Of a DNA stretch of 64,000 nucleotides, positions 57,217 through 64,000 are shown piece after piece. How positions within the stretch are numbered: position 1 is the stretch's first letter; every line of letters begins with the position of its first letter. The notes beneath the pieces were generated by a model. The model made no database searches and was not told where the DNA came from. It saw only the letters and a list, made by a program, of their open reading frames with translations. The stretch is from the NCBI GenBank assembly GCA_022711665.1, contig JAKLEN010000001.1:433179-497178 (forward strand), read 5' to 3'. Origin of the DNA: Acidobacteriota bacterium (lineage in GTDB: Bacteria; Acidobacteriota; Aminicenantia; Aminicenantales; Saccharicenantaceae). A program made the translations under genes and the position numbers.

Positions 57217-59349
57217 ATGAACGCTGAACCGATCAACCTGACCGAGGTGTCCGACGAGGACTTGACCCTCGTCGAGCGCGAGCTCGAGCGGACGCCGCAC
57301 CCCCAGTCGACGCACGATTTAGCCGGCCGGCTGGCCTTCGCCAAGACGGCGACCGAGCGGACCCAGGACGTCAAGAAGTACGACCCCTATGCCAGCTTCG
57401 AGGTCGGCGATCTCATCGAGAAGGAATACAACGAGCCGCTGACCGTCGGCAGCAAGGCCGTCGAGCATTTCGAGGGCCGGGTCATCCTCAAGGTCGTGGC
57501 CAAGATCCCCTCGCCGCACTTCGGCTGCGACATGCTCGCCGTCGATTACCCCGGCGGCGGCGTGTTCCGCAAGTACATCGACTACATGAAGAAGACCAGG
57601 ACGCAGGTCCTCCTGCCGTCCAACTGCGAAGGCCGCGGCCTGACCGCCGGCATCATGGCCAAGGCCGACGACCCCCGGCTGACCGAGCTGCCGATGACCG
57701 AGCGGGACCTGCGGACGCTGGAGAAGAACCTGCGGGCCCGGCTGGCCAAGGACGCCCGCGTCTTCGCCTGGAACGACTTCTGGCAGCTGGCCGCCAAGCG
57801 GGTCGACATCCCGGCTGAGAAGGTCCAGGAGATCGCGGCCGATTTCCAGGCCACCGGCCGCTCGGCCTCGACCGAGGACCTGGTCCGCCGGTTCTTCGGG
57901 CTGGAGGCCTCGTCGGACCTTTTCGACCTGACCTGCCTGAGCCTGGCGGCCCTGCTCGAGAAGAAGCACAGGAAGGACTTCATCCTCCTGGCCGACACCG
58001 GCTGGGGCAAGTGGCATCTCAAGGCCACCCTCAACGCCCTGCCCGAGGGCCTGGCCTTGTCCGCCGTGCTGGCCGAGGTCCCGGAGATGGACGAGCTGGA
58101 GAAGCCCGAGATGAGCATCGTCCAGGACTTCCCCATCAAGATCTACCTGAGCTGGCGCGAGATCGCCTCCGGCGGCATCAAGATCCCGCGCAGCCTGGGC
58201 AAGCTCCTGGCCCACGCCCGCGAGTACACCTTCACGGAATCCGAGGAGAACAAGCCCTACACCCTCTACTACTTCCCGGAGCAGAACTTCTTCCTCGGCC
58301 TCCAGGACTTCTACGCCCAGTACAACATCCCCCAGGGCGCCAGCCTGACCCTGGAGCGGACCGGGCCGACGACCTTCAAGTTCTGGGTCAAGAAATCCAA
58401 GAAGAAAATGTCGGTCATCAGGCTCGACTACGACGCCGAGCGGGACGTCTTCCTCGACAACGGCGAGGACGCCTACACCTACGCCGAGCCGAACAAGATC
58501 ATCTACATCGAGCGGGAAACACTCGGCCTCCTGCTGCCCCTGACGGACACCCGCGAGGGCTTCAACCTGCGCGACCTGGTCGTGACCATCTTCCGCGATC
58601 CGGTCCTGTCGACGTCGGCCCATTCCCTGCACTTCCTCCGGGCCTACCACCTGATCGACTTGGTCCGCCAGACGACCCAGGAGGACGTCGAGTACGTCCT
58701 CGTCAATTCGCCCGAGTTCACCAAGTCCGACAAGAAGAAGGGCGTCTTCACCTACCGCGAGCCGTTCATCGAGGAAGAGGAAGCCGGCGAGGGCGCCTAT
58801 GCCGGGGCTTTCGAGGAAGAAGCCGCCCCCGAGGCCTACACGCCCGAAGAGGCGGCGCTCGAGGCCGTGGCCGAGGAGATGGGCGGCTACGAGCCCGACA
58901 CGGGCTTCGAGCCGGAGGCCGCGCCGCCGGCCGAACCGGCCGCGCCCCCCGCGGCCCCGCCCGCGCCCGGCGCCGCCGCTCCGAAGAAGGGCAAGGAATT
59001 CAAGAAGCGGAAGCCCAAGGAGGGCGGCAGCGACAAGGGCCCCCGGCCCAAGAAGAGCGAGCGCCGGGTCATCGAAGAGAAGATCGCCGAGGAAGAGTCC
59101 GAGCGGGACGCCCTGGCCGCGGTCAAGGAAAAAGAGGAAGAGACCCCCGAGCAGCAGCGGGTCCGGGAGAAGAAAGACGAGATCAAGCCCGCGCCGAAGA
59201 AGGTCGAGGCTAAGCCGTCGTTCGGCATCTTCGGCGACCTGCTCAAGACCGCGCTCAAGAAGAAGCCCGAAGAGGAAGAGCCCGGCGAGGCCCCTGAGGC
59301 GCCCGCGGAGAACCCGGAAAATAAGCCCGAGGGCGAAGAATCAAAATAA
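57217..59349 (+). CDS. Hypothetical 710-aa protein: ~560-aa globular region plus ~150-aa acidic/lysine-rich low-complexity tail
   Basis: ATG 57217 lies 1 nt after the argF stop. Codon usage looks native. I recognise no motif. The tail is E/A/P-rich, then K/E-rich (KKGKEFKKRKPKEGG...EKKDEIKPAPKKVEAKP...KKKPEEEEPGE). Confidence 0.7.
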   Translation: MNAEPINLTEVSDEDLTLVERELERTPHPQSTHDLAGRLAFAKTATERTQDVKKYDPYASFEVGDLIEKEYNEPLTVGSKAVEHFEGRVILKVVAKIPSPHFGCDMLAVDYPGGGVFRKYIDYMKKTRTQVLLPSNCEGRGLTAGIMAKADDPRLTELPMTERDLRTLEKNLRARLAKDARVFAWNDFWQLAAKRVDIPAEKVQEIAADFQATGRSASTEDLVRRFFGLEASSDLFDLTCLSLAALLEKKHRKDFILLADTGWGKWHLKATLNALPEGLALSAVLAEVPEMDELEKPEMSIVQDFPIKIYLSWREIASGGIKIPRSLGKLLAHAREYTFTESEENKPYTLYYFPEQNFFLGLQDFYAQYNIPQGASLTLERTGPTTFKFWVKKSKKKMSVIRLDYDAERDVFLDNGEDAYTYAEPNKIIYIERETLGLLLPLTDTREGFNLRDLVVTIFRDPVLSTSAHSLHFLRAYHLIDLVRQTTQEDVEYVLVNSPEFTKSDKKKGVFTYREPFIEEEEAGEGAYAGAFEEEAAPEAYTPEEAALEAVAEEMGGYEPDTGFEPEAAPPAEPAAPPAAPPAPGAAAPKKGKEFKKRKPKEGGSDKGPRPKKSERRVIEEKIAEEESERDALAAVKEKEEETPEQQRVREKKDEIKPAPKKVEAKPSFGIFGDLLKTALKKKPEEEEPGEAPEAPAENPENKPEGEESK

Positions 59350-59405
59350 GCGGAGTTCCCCGGCTTGTAAGGCCCTAAGCTCCGGCTTTGCCCTGCAGGG
59401 TCCGC

Positions 59406-59447
59406 CGATGACGCCCCTGCCTAGGCCCATCGTATTTTTTTTCTTTT
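59406..59447 (+). terminator. Probable intrinsic terminator after the 710-aa gene
   Basis: Imperfect hairpin CGATG-ac-GCC...GGC-c-CATCG (59406-59432), immediately followed by TATTTTTTTTCTTTT. Confidence 0.5.
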
Positions 59448-59480
59448 AGCAACGGTTAGCCGCGCGGCTATGGGTGGGCC

Positions 59481-59510
59481 TTGACTATTCGATTCTCACA
59501 TATTTATACT
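59481..59510 (+). promoter_or_regulatory. Putative sigma70-type promoter of the VWA gene
   Basis: TTGACT (59481-59486), an 18-nt spacer, then TATACT (59505-59510). The ~135-nt leader ends in AGGAGG, 8 nt before ATG 59652. Confidence 0.45.
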
Positions 59511-59651
59511 CTACTCAATGGGAACCTTCCGGCCGTGGCGTGGTCCCACAATTCTATCTAAAGTGAATAATTGACTTCTTTCCGTAGGTTCTAACCCCAT
59601 CGTGGCAAGGACACGGGCGATCTTCGACCGTCTGGACAGGAGGTCTGAAGA

Positions 59652-61823
59652 ATGAGGCCGGTTCGGTTGAAGTTGACAAGGGATATCGGCGCACGGATTC
59701 TCATCGTTGGAATAACGCTCCTGGGTCAGATCGGCGTCCATGTGCCTGCCGCGCCTGCTCAGCAAGCGCCGACAAGCCCCTTGCGGCATGAGATTTCCGT
59801 GGTCCTGAAACTCGTTCCTGTCCATGTGATCGATAAAAACGGAGAGCCTATCGTCGATCTCACCAAGGACGACTTCTGGATTACCGATGACGGGAACCCG
59901 GTCACGATATCGGCCTTCGAGAAACACGAACGAGCCGCGCCCACGGGCCCGGGCACTCCGGCGCCCGGGGAGCCCGGCTCATCGGCCGCTCCGAACCGCG
60001 CCCTTAACCGCAGGTTCGTCCTCCTGTTCGATTTCGCGTTCAATACGGGGCGCGGCGTCGTCGCCGGCATTACGGCCGCACGTCGTTTCCTCCAAACGGA
60101 GGTCCAACCGGGGGATGAGATCGCACTCATCTCCTATTCGATGCTACGGGGCTTGAGGGTCCACGAGTTTCTCACCACCGACCATTCCAAGATCCTGGCG
60201 GCCCTGTCCGCCATAACGAGCAAAGAGATCGTCGGGCGAGCCGACGAGGTCGAGCAGGCCTATTGGATGACGGCCGATATGAATTTCAAGGATCCCGACG
60301 TTGTCCCCAACATGGAGGCGCAGCGTCGGGAGTCGGCTCAACAGGCCCGCCGCTATTTCGAGGCCCTGGCGCGCTTCGCCGACGCGCTTCGCCTGGTTCA
60401 AGGAGAAAAGAACATCCTGTTCTTTTCGAGTGGGGTTCCGAGCTCTCTTGTCAATTCGGGCCGGCGCGCCGTGACGGCCGATCCCCGCATCGTTGAAAGC
60501 GCTGCGCAGCAGTCCACCGGATCGACGTTTGATATCCCGAACTCGGAATTGAGGGCGTTCCAGGAAAATATGCTCAGAGAGTTCAGCGCCGCGAATTGCC
60601 CAGTCTATTCGTTCGACACGCGCGAATCCGCCATGCTGCCGGCGCTCTACAGCTATGACGAGGCTGTTTCCCAGAACAGGCCCATGGGAGGGCTGCTGCT
60701 GGGGGCCGATAGCGGGGGCATATTCCGAGATGATAAGACGACCGGGATGGACTCCCTTCGCCGCATGTCCAGGAAGACCGGAGGCAAATACTACTCCAAT
60801 ATCGCCGCACACGAAAAGAACCTGGAGGAAGTTTCGGCCGTGACGGCGGCCTATTATGTCCTGGGCTACGCGATTCCCGCGGTGCCGGATGGACAGTTCC
60901 ACAAGATCAAGGTCGGGGTCGTGCGGAAGGGCTGCCAAGTCAAGACCCAACCCGGGTATTTCAATCCTAAGCCGTTTCGCGAATACACCGAGATCGAGAG
61001 GAATATTCACCTCTTCGACCTCGCTTTGAACGAAAAGGCGGAATTACAGGCGCCAATCCCGGTGCCGGCATCCGCCCTATCGTATGACGCCGGTCAAGGC
61101 CCGAAAGTCAGAGTCTTGGCTCGGGTCCCCAAAGAAGTATGGCGGCAGCTCCAAGGGCAAACGGTTGAGATCGTCGCCCTTTTCTTTGATGCCCGGGACT
61201 CACTCCTGAGCCTTCAGCGTGTCGCGGTGCCGGTCGCGGATTACCGCGGGACGGATGTCCTGTTCAGCGCCGTCGCGTCGGCCCGCCAGGGAGCGACCAA
61301 GTGCCGGATCGTGGTCCGTGACCTGCAGACGGGGCAGAGCGCGATCGCATCAACCACCGCCTTTTCCGGCCCATCGGGCGGACAGTCCATTTCCGTTTTT
61401 TCTCCGATGCTCCTCGTCGAGGGCGGAGGGCTTTTCCTTCTGGAAGGAGTGGCCAAGGGGTCTGCGGAGACACCCTCTTGGCGGGCTCTCTATGGCTATG
61501 ATGCCGCGGAGTTCTCGCCTGTTATCGGAGACGAACCCGTTGAAGCTGGAAAGATCAAGGTCATCCTGCCTTACTCGGCGCGGGGCTTCAGCCAATCCGA
61601 CCTCAGCTTCAAGGCGAACCTGGTAAATTTGGGGACGGGCGAGAACCTGGATAGGCCGGCCGTACCGGAGGGATCGATCAAATCGGGGGATCTCAGTGTC
61701 CAGATGTTCCGCCTCTCCCTCGATGGAGTCCCTCCCGGCGAGTACATTCTTTATGTCCACGTCGGCAGCAGGATCAAGGGGCAAGTCGCTAGCGCCAGAG
61801 TGCCTTTAAGAGTTGGACGTTAG
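59652..61823 (+). CDS. VWA domain-containing protein ('VWFA-related Acidobacterial domain' type)
   Basis: 723 aa with an N-terminal signal/anchor. The segment VPVHVIDKNGEPIVDLTKDDFWITDDGNPVTISAFE, followed by a VWA-like region (RFVLLFDFAFN...GDEIALISY), matches the Acidobacterial VWFA family as I recall it. GC3 is markedly lower than in the neighbours. Confidence 0.8.
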   Translation: MRPVRLKLTRDIGARILIVGITLLGQIGVHVPAAPAQQAPTSPLRHEISVVLKLVPVHVIDKNGEPIVDLTKDDFWITDDGNPVTISAFEKHERAAPTGPGTPAPGEPGSSAAPNRALNRRFVLLFDFAFNTGRGVVAGITAARRFLQTEVQPGDEIALISYSMLRGLRVHEFLTTDHSKILAALSAITSKEIVGRADEVEQAYWMTADMNFKDPDVVPNMEAQRRESAQQARRYFEALARFADALRLVQGEKNILFFSSGVPSSLVNSGRRAVTADPRIVESAAQQSTGSTFDIPNSELRAFQENMLREFSAANCPVYSFDTRESAMLPALYSYDEAVSQNRPMGGLLLGADSGGIFRDDKTTGMDSLRRMSRKTGGKYYSNIAAHEKNLEEVSAVTAAYYVLGYAIPAVPDGQFHKIKVGVVRKGCQVKTQPGYFNPKPFREYTEIERNIHLFDLALNEKAELQAPIPVPASALSYDAGQGPKVRVLARVPKEVWRQLQGQTVEIVALFFDARDSLLSLQRVAVPVADYRGTDVLFSAVASARQGATKCRIVVRDLQTGQSAIASTTAFSGPSGGQSISVFSPMLLVEGGGLFLLEGVAKGSAETPSWRALYGYDAAEFSPVIGDEPVEAGKIKVILPYSARGFSQSDLSFKANLVNLGTGENLDRPAVPEGSIKSGDLSVQMFRLSLDGVPPGEYILYVHVGSRIKGQVASARVPLRVGR

Positions 61824-61891
61824 GCGCCTCGCTCAGCGCCCGAGCGCCCGCGCGGCCTTCGGGGCATACCCGTCAGGCTCGAACAAAGATC

Positions 61892-61905
61892 CGGCCTCTT
61901 GGCCG
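61892..61905. terminator. Weak bidirectional hairpin between convergent genes
   Basis: CGGCC-TCTT-GGCCG is flanked by T-rich tracts on both strands (ttctatttc on plus, gatctttgtt on minus). The stem is only 5 bp. Confidence 0.3.
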
Positions 61906-61907
61906 TT

Positions 61908-62987
61908 CTATTTCAAGATATCCCGCACGGATCCCTTTCGGCGGGTGACGCCCATGCTGTCCAGCAGCTCCAGCAGCGGGATGCTGTACTTGCGCGTCAG
62001 GCCGGTCATGGCCTTGAAGTCGGCCACGGTCAGCTCGCGCCGGCCCGAAGCCCGGAGCTTGGCAATGATCTCGTCGAGCCAGCTCTGGTGGAGGATGAAG
62101 CCGTCGAAACCCTCGACGATCTTCCGGCGCTCGGCCAGGATGCCCAGCAGGGCCTGAAGCCGGGCCGGCGAGAGGCCGAGCTTGGCCCGGACGTCGTCGC
62201 CGGTCACCGTGCCCATCTCGCCGCGGCGGACCAGGCCCTCGAGCTCGGCCAGCACGGCCTCGTCGGCGGCCGAGACCGGCACGCTGAAATCGGGCAGCCG
62301 GACGACGCCCGCCTCCTCGACCGCCCGGCCCTCCTTGGCCAGCAGGCGCAGGGCCAGGACCAGGACCGTCCGGGGCGCCTCGAAGCGCTTTTCGAGCGTC
62401 TCCAGCGGCGCGCCCTTCTGGCCGGGATGCTTCTTGTGATACTGGCCCAGGAAGGAGACGATCCGGCCGCGGAGGAAATCGAGGGCGGCCTGCGAGATCA
62501 GGCGCAGCGGCGCGAATCCGAGGATGCGGAGGCGGCCCTCCGACTCGAGCGCCCGGGCCAGCTCCTCGAGCCGGGACTGGGACAGGCGGGCGAAGCGGTC
62601 CAGGTCCTCGCCGTTCAGGCCGCTCAGGCCGCCGTGCTCGGCCAGGGCCATGATCATATCCTTCTCGCCGAGCTCGAGCCGGGCCAGCAGGGCCTTCCGT
62701 TTGGCGACCTTCAGCTCCTGGGAGGTCTGCGGCGCCGGGAACAGGCACTTGCCCCGGCCGAGGACTTCGCCCCCGGCCGTCCGGACCTCGAACGGGTCGG
62801 CCCAGCGGACCTCCGCCGGGCGGTCCGTCAGGACCCTGACGAACGGGGCCTTCTTCCGCCCGGGGACAGCGTAGTCCAGGATCCGGGCCCCGGCCGAGCC
62901 GCCCAGGAACAGGACCTCGGCCCGGAAGTCCGGCCCGCAGGCGGCCAGCGGGAAGTCGAGAACGGCGTCGAACGCGGGGGCTTTCAA
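61908..62987 (-). CDS. SelB C-terminal-like protein (domain III plus winged-helix domains, no GTPase domain)
   Basis: I place the start at TTG 62987-62985, 7 nt after AGGAGG (63000-62995), overlapping the RNase R stop (TTGA). The product is 359 aa. Its C-terminus (LTVADFKAMTGLTRKYSIPLLELLDSMGVTRRKGSVRDIL) closely resembles the last winged helix of SelB. The N-terminus (RAEVLFLGGSAGARILDY...VRWADPFEVRTAGGEVLGRGKCLFP) resembles SelB domain III. The ORF-track extension to 63287 is Arg/Pro-rich overlap with rnr. Confidence 0.7.
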   Translation of the reverse strand: MKAPAFDAVLDFPLAACGPDFRAEVLFLGGSAGARILDYAVPGRKKAPFVRVLTDRPAEVRWADPFEVRTAGGEVLGRGKCLFPAPQTSQELKVAKRKALLARLELGEKDMIMALAEHGGLSGLNGEDLDRFARLSQSRLEELARALESEGRLRILGFAPLRLISQAALDFLRGRIVSFLGQYHKKHPGQKGAPLETLEKRFEAPRTVLVLALRLLAKEGRAVEEAGVVRLPDFSVPVSAADEAVLAELEGLVRRGEMGTVTGDDVRAKLGLSPARLQALLGILAERRKIVEGFDGFILHQSWLDEIIAKLRASGRRELTVADFKAMTGLTRKYSIPLLELLDSMGVTRRKGSVRDILK

Positions 62988-64000
62988 GAACGGTCCTCCT
63001 TCGCGTCCCCGGCCGGGACGAAGCCGATGCGCCGCAGGGCCGGGTCGCAGGAAACGAGCGCCACCCGGACGGCGTCGCCGAGCTCCAGCCGGGGCCGCTT
63101 CTTCTTCGGCCGCAGGCGGCGGCCGGCCGGCCGGGGCTCGCAGGCGCCGCCGAGCGCGCCGAAAGGCAGCAGGCCGGAAACGAAGTAATCGTCGAGCTCG
63201 ACGAGCAAACCGGCCTTGATGACGTCGACGACGGTGCCGTCGAACTCGTCGCCCAGGCGCTCCTTGAGAAAGCGCAGGATGCGCCATTCGACCAGCGACT
63301 GCTCGGCCTCGGCGGCGTTGCGCTCCCGCTCGGACGACGCGGCGGCGATGCCCTCGAGGTCGAGCGCCGGCGGCGTCTCGCGGCTGAGCAGGGTCTTGAG
63401 CAGACGGTGGACGACCAGGTCGGGATAGCGGCGGATGGGCGAGGTGAAATGGGTGTAGTCGGCCTTGGCCAGGCCGTAGTGGCCGACGTTCTTCGGCGAA
63501 TAGACGGCCAGCTTCAGGGCCCGCAGGACCTGGCGGCCGATGAACTTCTCCCCCGGCAGGCTCTTGGCCCTGTCGAGCACGCGCTGCAGGTCCCGGGACC
63601 GGACCTTGGCCGGATCCGGCAGGGCCACCCCGAAGCGCAGCAGGACGTCGCGGAGCTTCTCCAGGTCGCCGACGTCCGGGGCCGGGTGGACGCGGTAGAT
63701 CGAGGGCATCTTCCTGGCCGTGAAGGCGGCGGCCACGGCCACGTTGGCGGCGACCATGAGCTCCTCGATCAGCCTATGGGCCTCGTTCCTCTCGGCGGCG
63801 GCCACGGCCAGGAGCTTGCCGCCCTCGGTGATGAGCTCGGGTTCGACCAGGTCGAAGTCCAGGCTGCCCTCGCCCAGGCGGCGGGTCCGCAGGACGGCGG
63901 CCAGGTCGCGCATGGCCAGGAGGTCGGGCACGACGTCGGCGTAGCGCTGCCTCTCGCCGGCGTCGCCCTCGAAGACGGCGAACACCGAGGTGTAGGTCAG
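62984..64000 (-). CDS. rnr: Ribonuclease R / RNase II family exoribonuclease, C-terminal part (5' end outside window)
   Basis: The frame stays open to the window edge. RNB-domain motifs are present (EELMVAANVAVA, HYGLAKADYTHFTSPIRRYPDLVVHR), along with a C-terminal S1 domain (GTVVDVIKAGLLVELDDYFVSGLLP). Confidence 0.9.
   Translation of the reverse strand: MTYTSVFAVFEGDAGERQRYADVVPDLLAMRDLAAVLRTRRLGEGSLDFDLVEPELITEGGKLLAVAAAERNEAHRLIEELMVAANVAVAAAFTARKMPSIYRVHPAPDVGDLEKLRDVLLRFGVALPDPAKVRSRDLQRVLDRAKSLPGEKFIGRQVLRALKLAVYSPKNVGHYGLAKADYTHFTSPIRRYPDLVVHRLLKTLLSRETPPALDLEGIAAASSERERNAAEAEQSLVEWRILRFLKERLGDEFDGTVVDVIKAGLLVELDDYFVSGLLPFGALGGACEPRPAGRRLRPKKKRPRLELGDAVRVALVSCDPALRRIGFVPAGDAKEDRS

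Noticed and set aside
61873-62748. A 291-aa minus-strand ORF overlapping the SelB-like gene in another frame, and the 5' extension of ORF 61908..63287.
   Set aside because: Both are Arg/Pro/Gly-rich low-complexity translations. The SelB-like frame downstream of TTG 62987 carries the recognisable domains and an SD.
61908-62987. A SECIS element or UGA-interrupted selenoprotein gene near the SelB-like gene.
   Set aside because: The neighbouring genes (rnr, VWA) have uninterrupted frames, and I saw no in-frame TGA followed by a hairpin. The selenocysteine link therefore remains unsupported in this window.

Overview
High-GC (roughly two-thirds G+C by eye) chromosomal segment from a diderm bacterium. 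Several markers give it an Acidobacteriota-like flavour: a CarboxypepD_reg-type TonB receptor, DUF1573, an 'Acidobacterial VWFA' protein, LptD and OprP-like porins. The content is overwhelmingly housekeeping and densely packed. I support about 57 CDS and one tRNA. They include an Rrf2-porin-pstSCAB operon, eno, mgtC, rdgB, comEA, dprA-topA-xerC, glmS, carAB, purF, rfbB, lptD, a split atpI-atpB-atpE module, trxA, and a cyclic-2,3-DPG-synthetase-like/arcC/argF cluster. A ~14.7 kb co-directional array runs tRNA-Val-thrS-infC-rpmI-rplT-pheST-zapBA-rny-ymdB-xseAB-dxs-tlyA-nadK. I saw no CRISPR array, transposase, prophage or recognisable defence system. The many very long ORFs antisense to, or out of frame with, real genes are high-GC shadow ORFs. 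Candidates for something undescribed, best first: (1) a GTPase-less SelB paralogue (domain III plus winged helices only) translationally coupled to RNase R; (2) a P-loop cyclic-DPG-synthetase-like gene, carbamate kinase and OTCase, followed by a tightly coupled 710-aa unknown protein with a long charged disordered tail; (3) a translationally coupled pair of a degenerate HD-GYP protein and a 672-aa HEAT-like protein sharing an N-terminal domain; (4) a compositionally foreign VWA gene; (5) an Rrf2-headed phosphate-uptake operon with no phoU in the window. At the RNA and signal level I note four things. Putative leaderless promoters recur. SD-sequestering hairpins precede rny and comEA. A dense G-quadruplex motif sits in one 5' leader. 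Several genes have non-canonical or ambiguous starts (infC AUU, xseA, carA). All functional calls rest on my recognition of the translated sequences; no database search was run.
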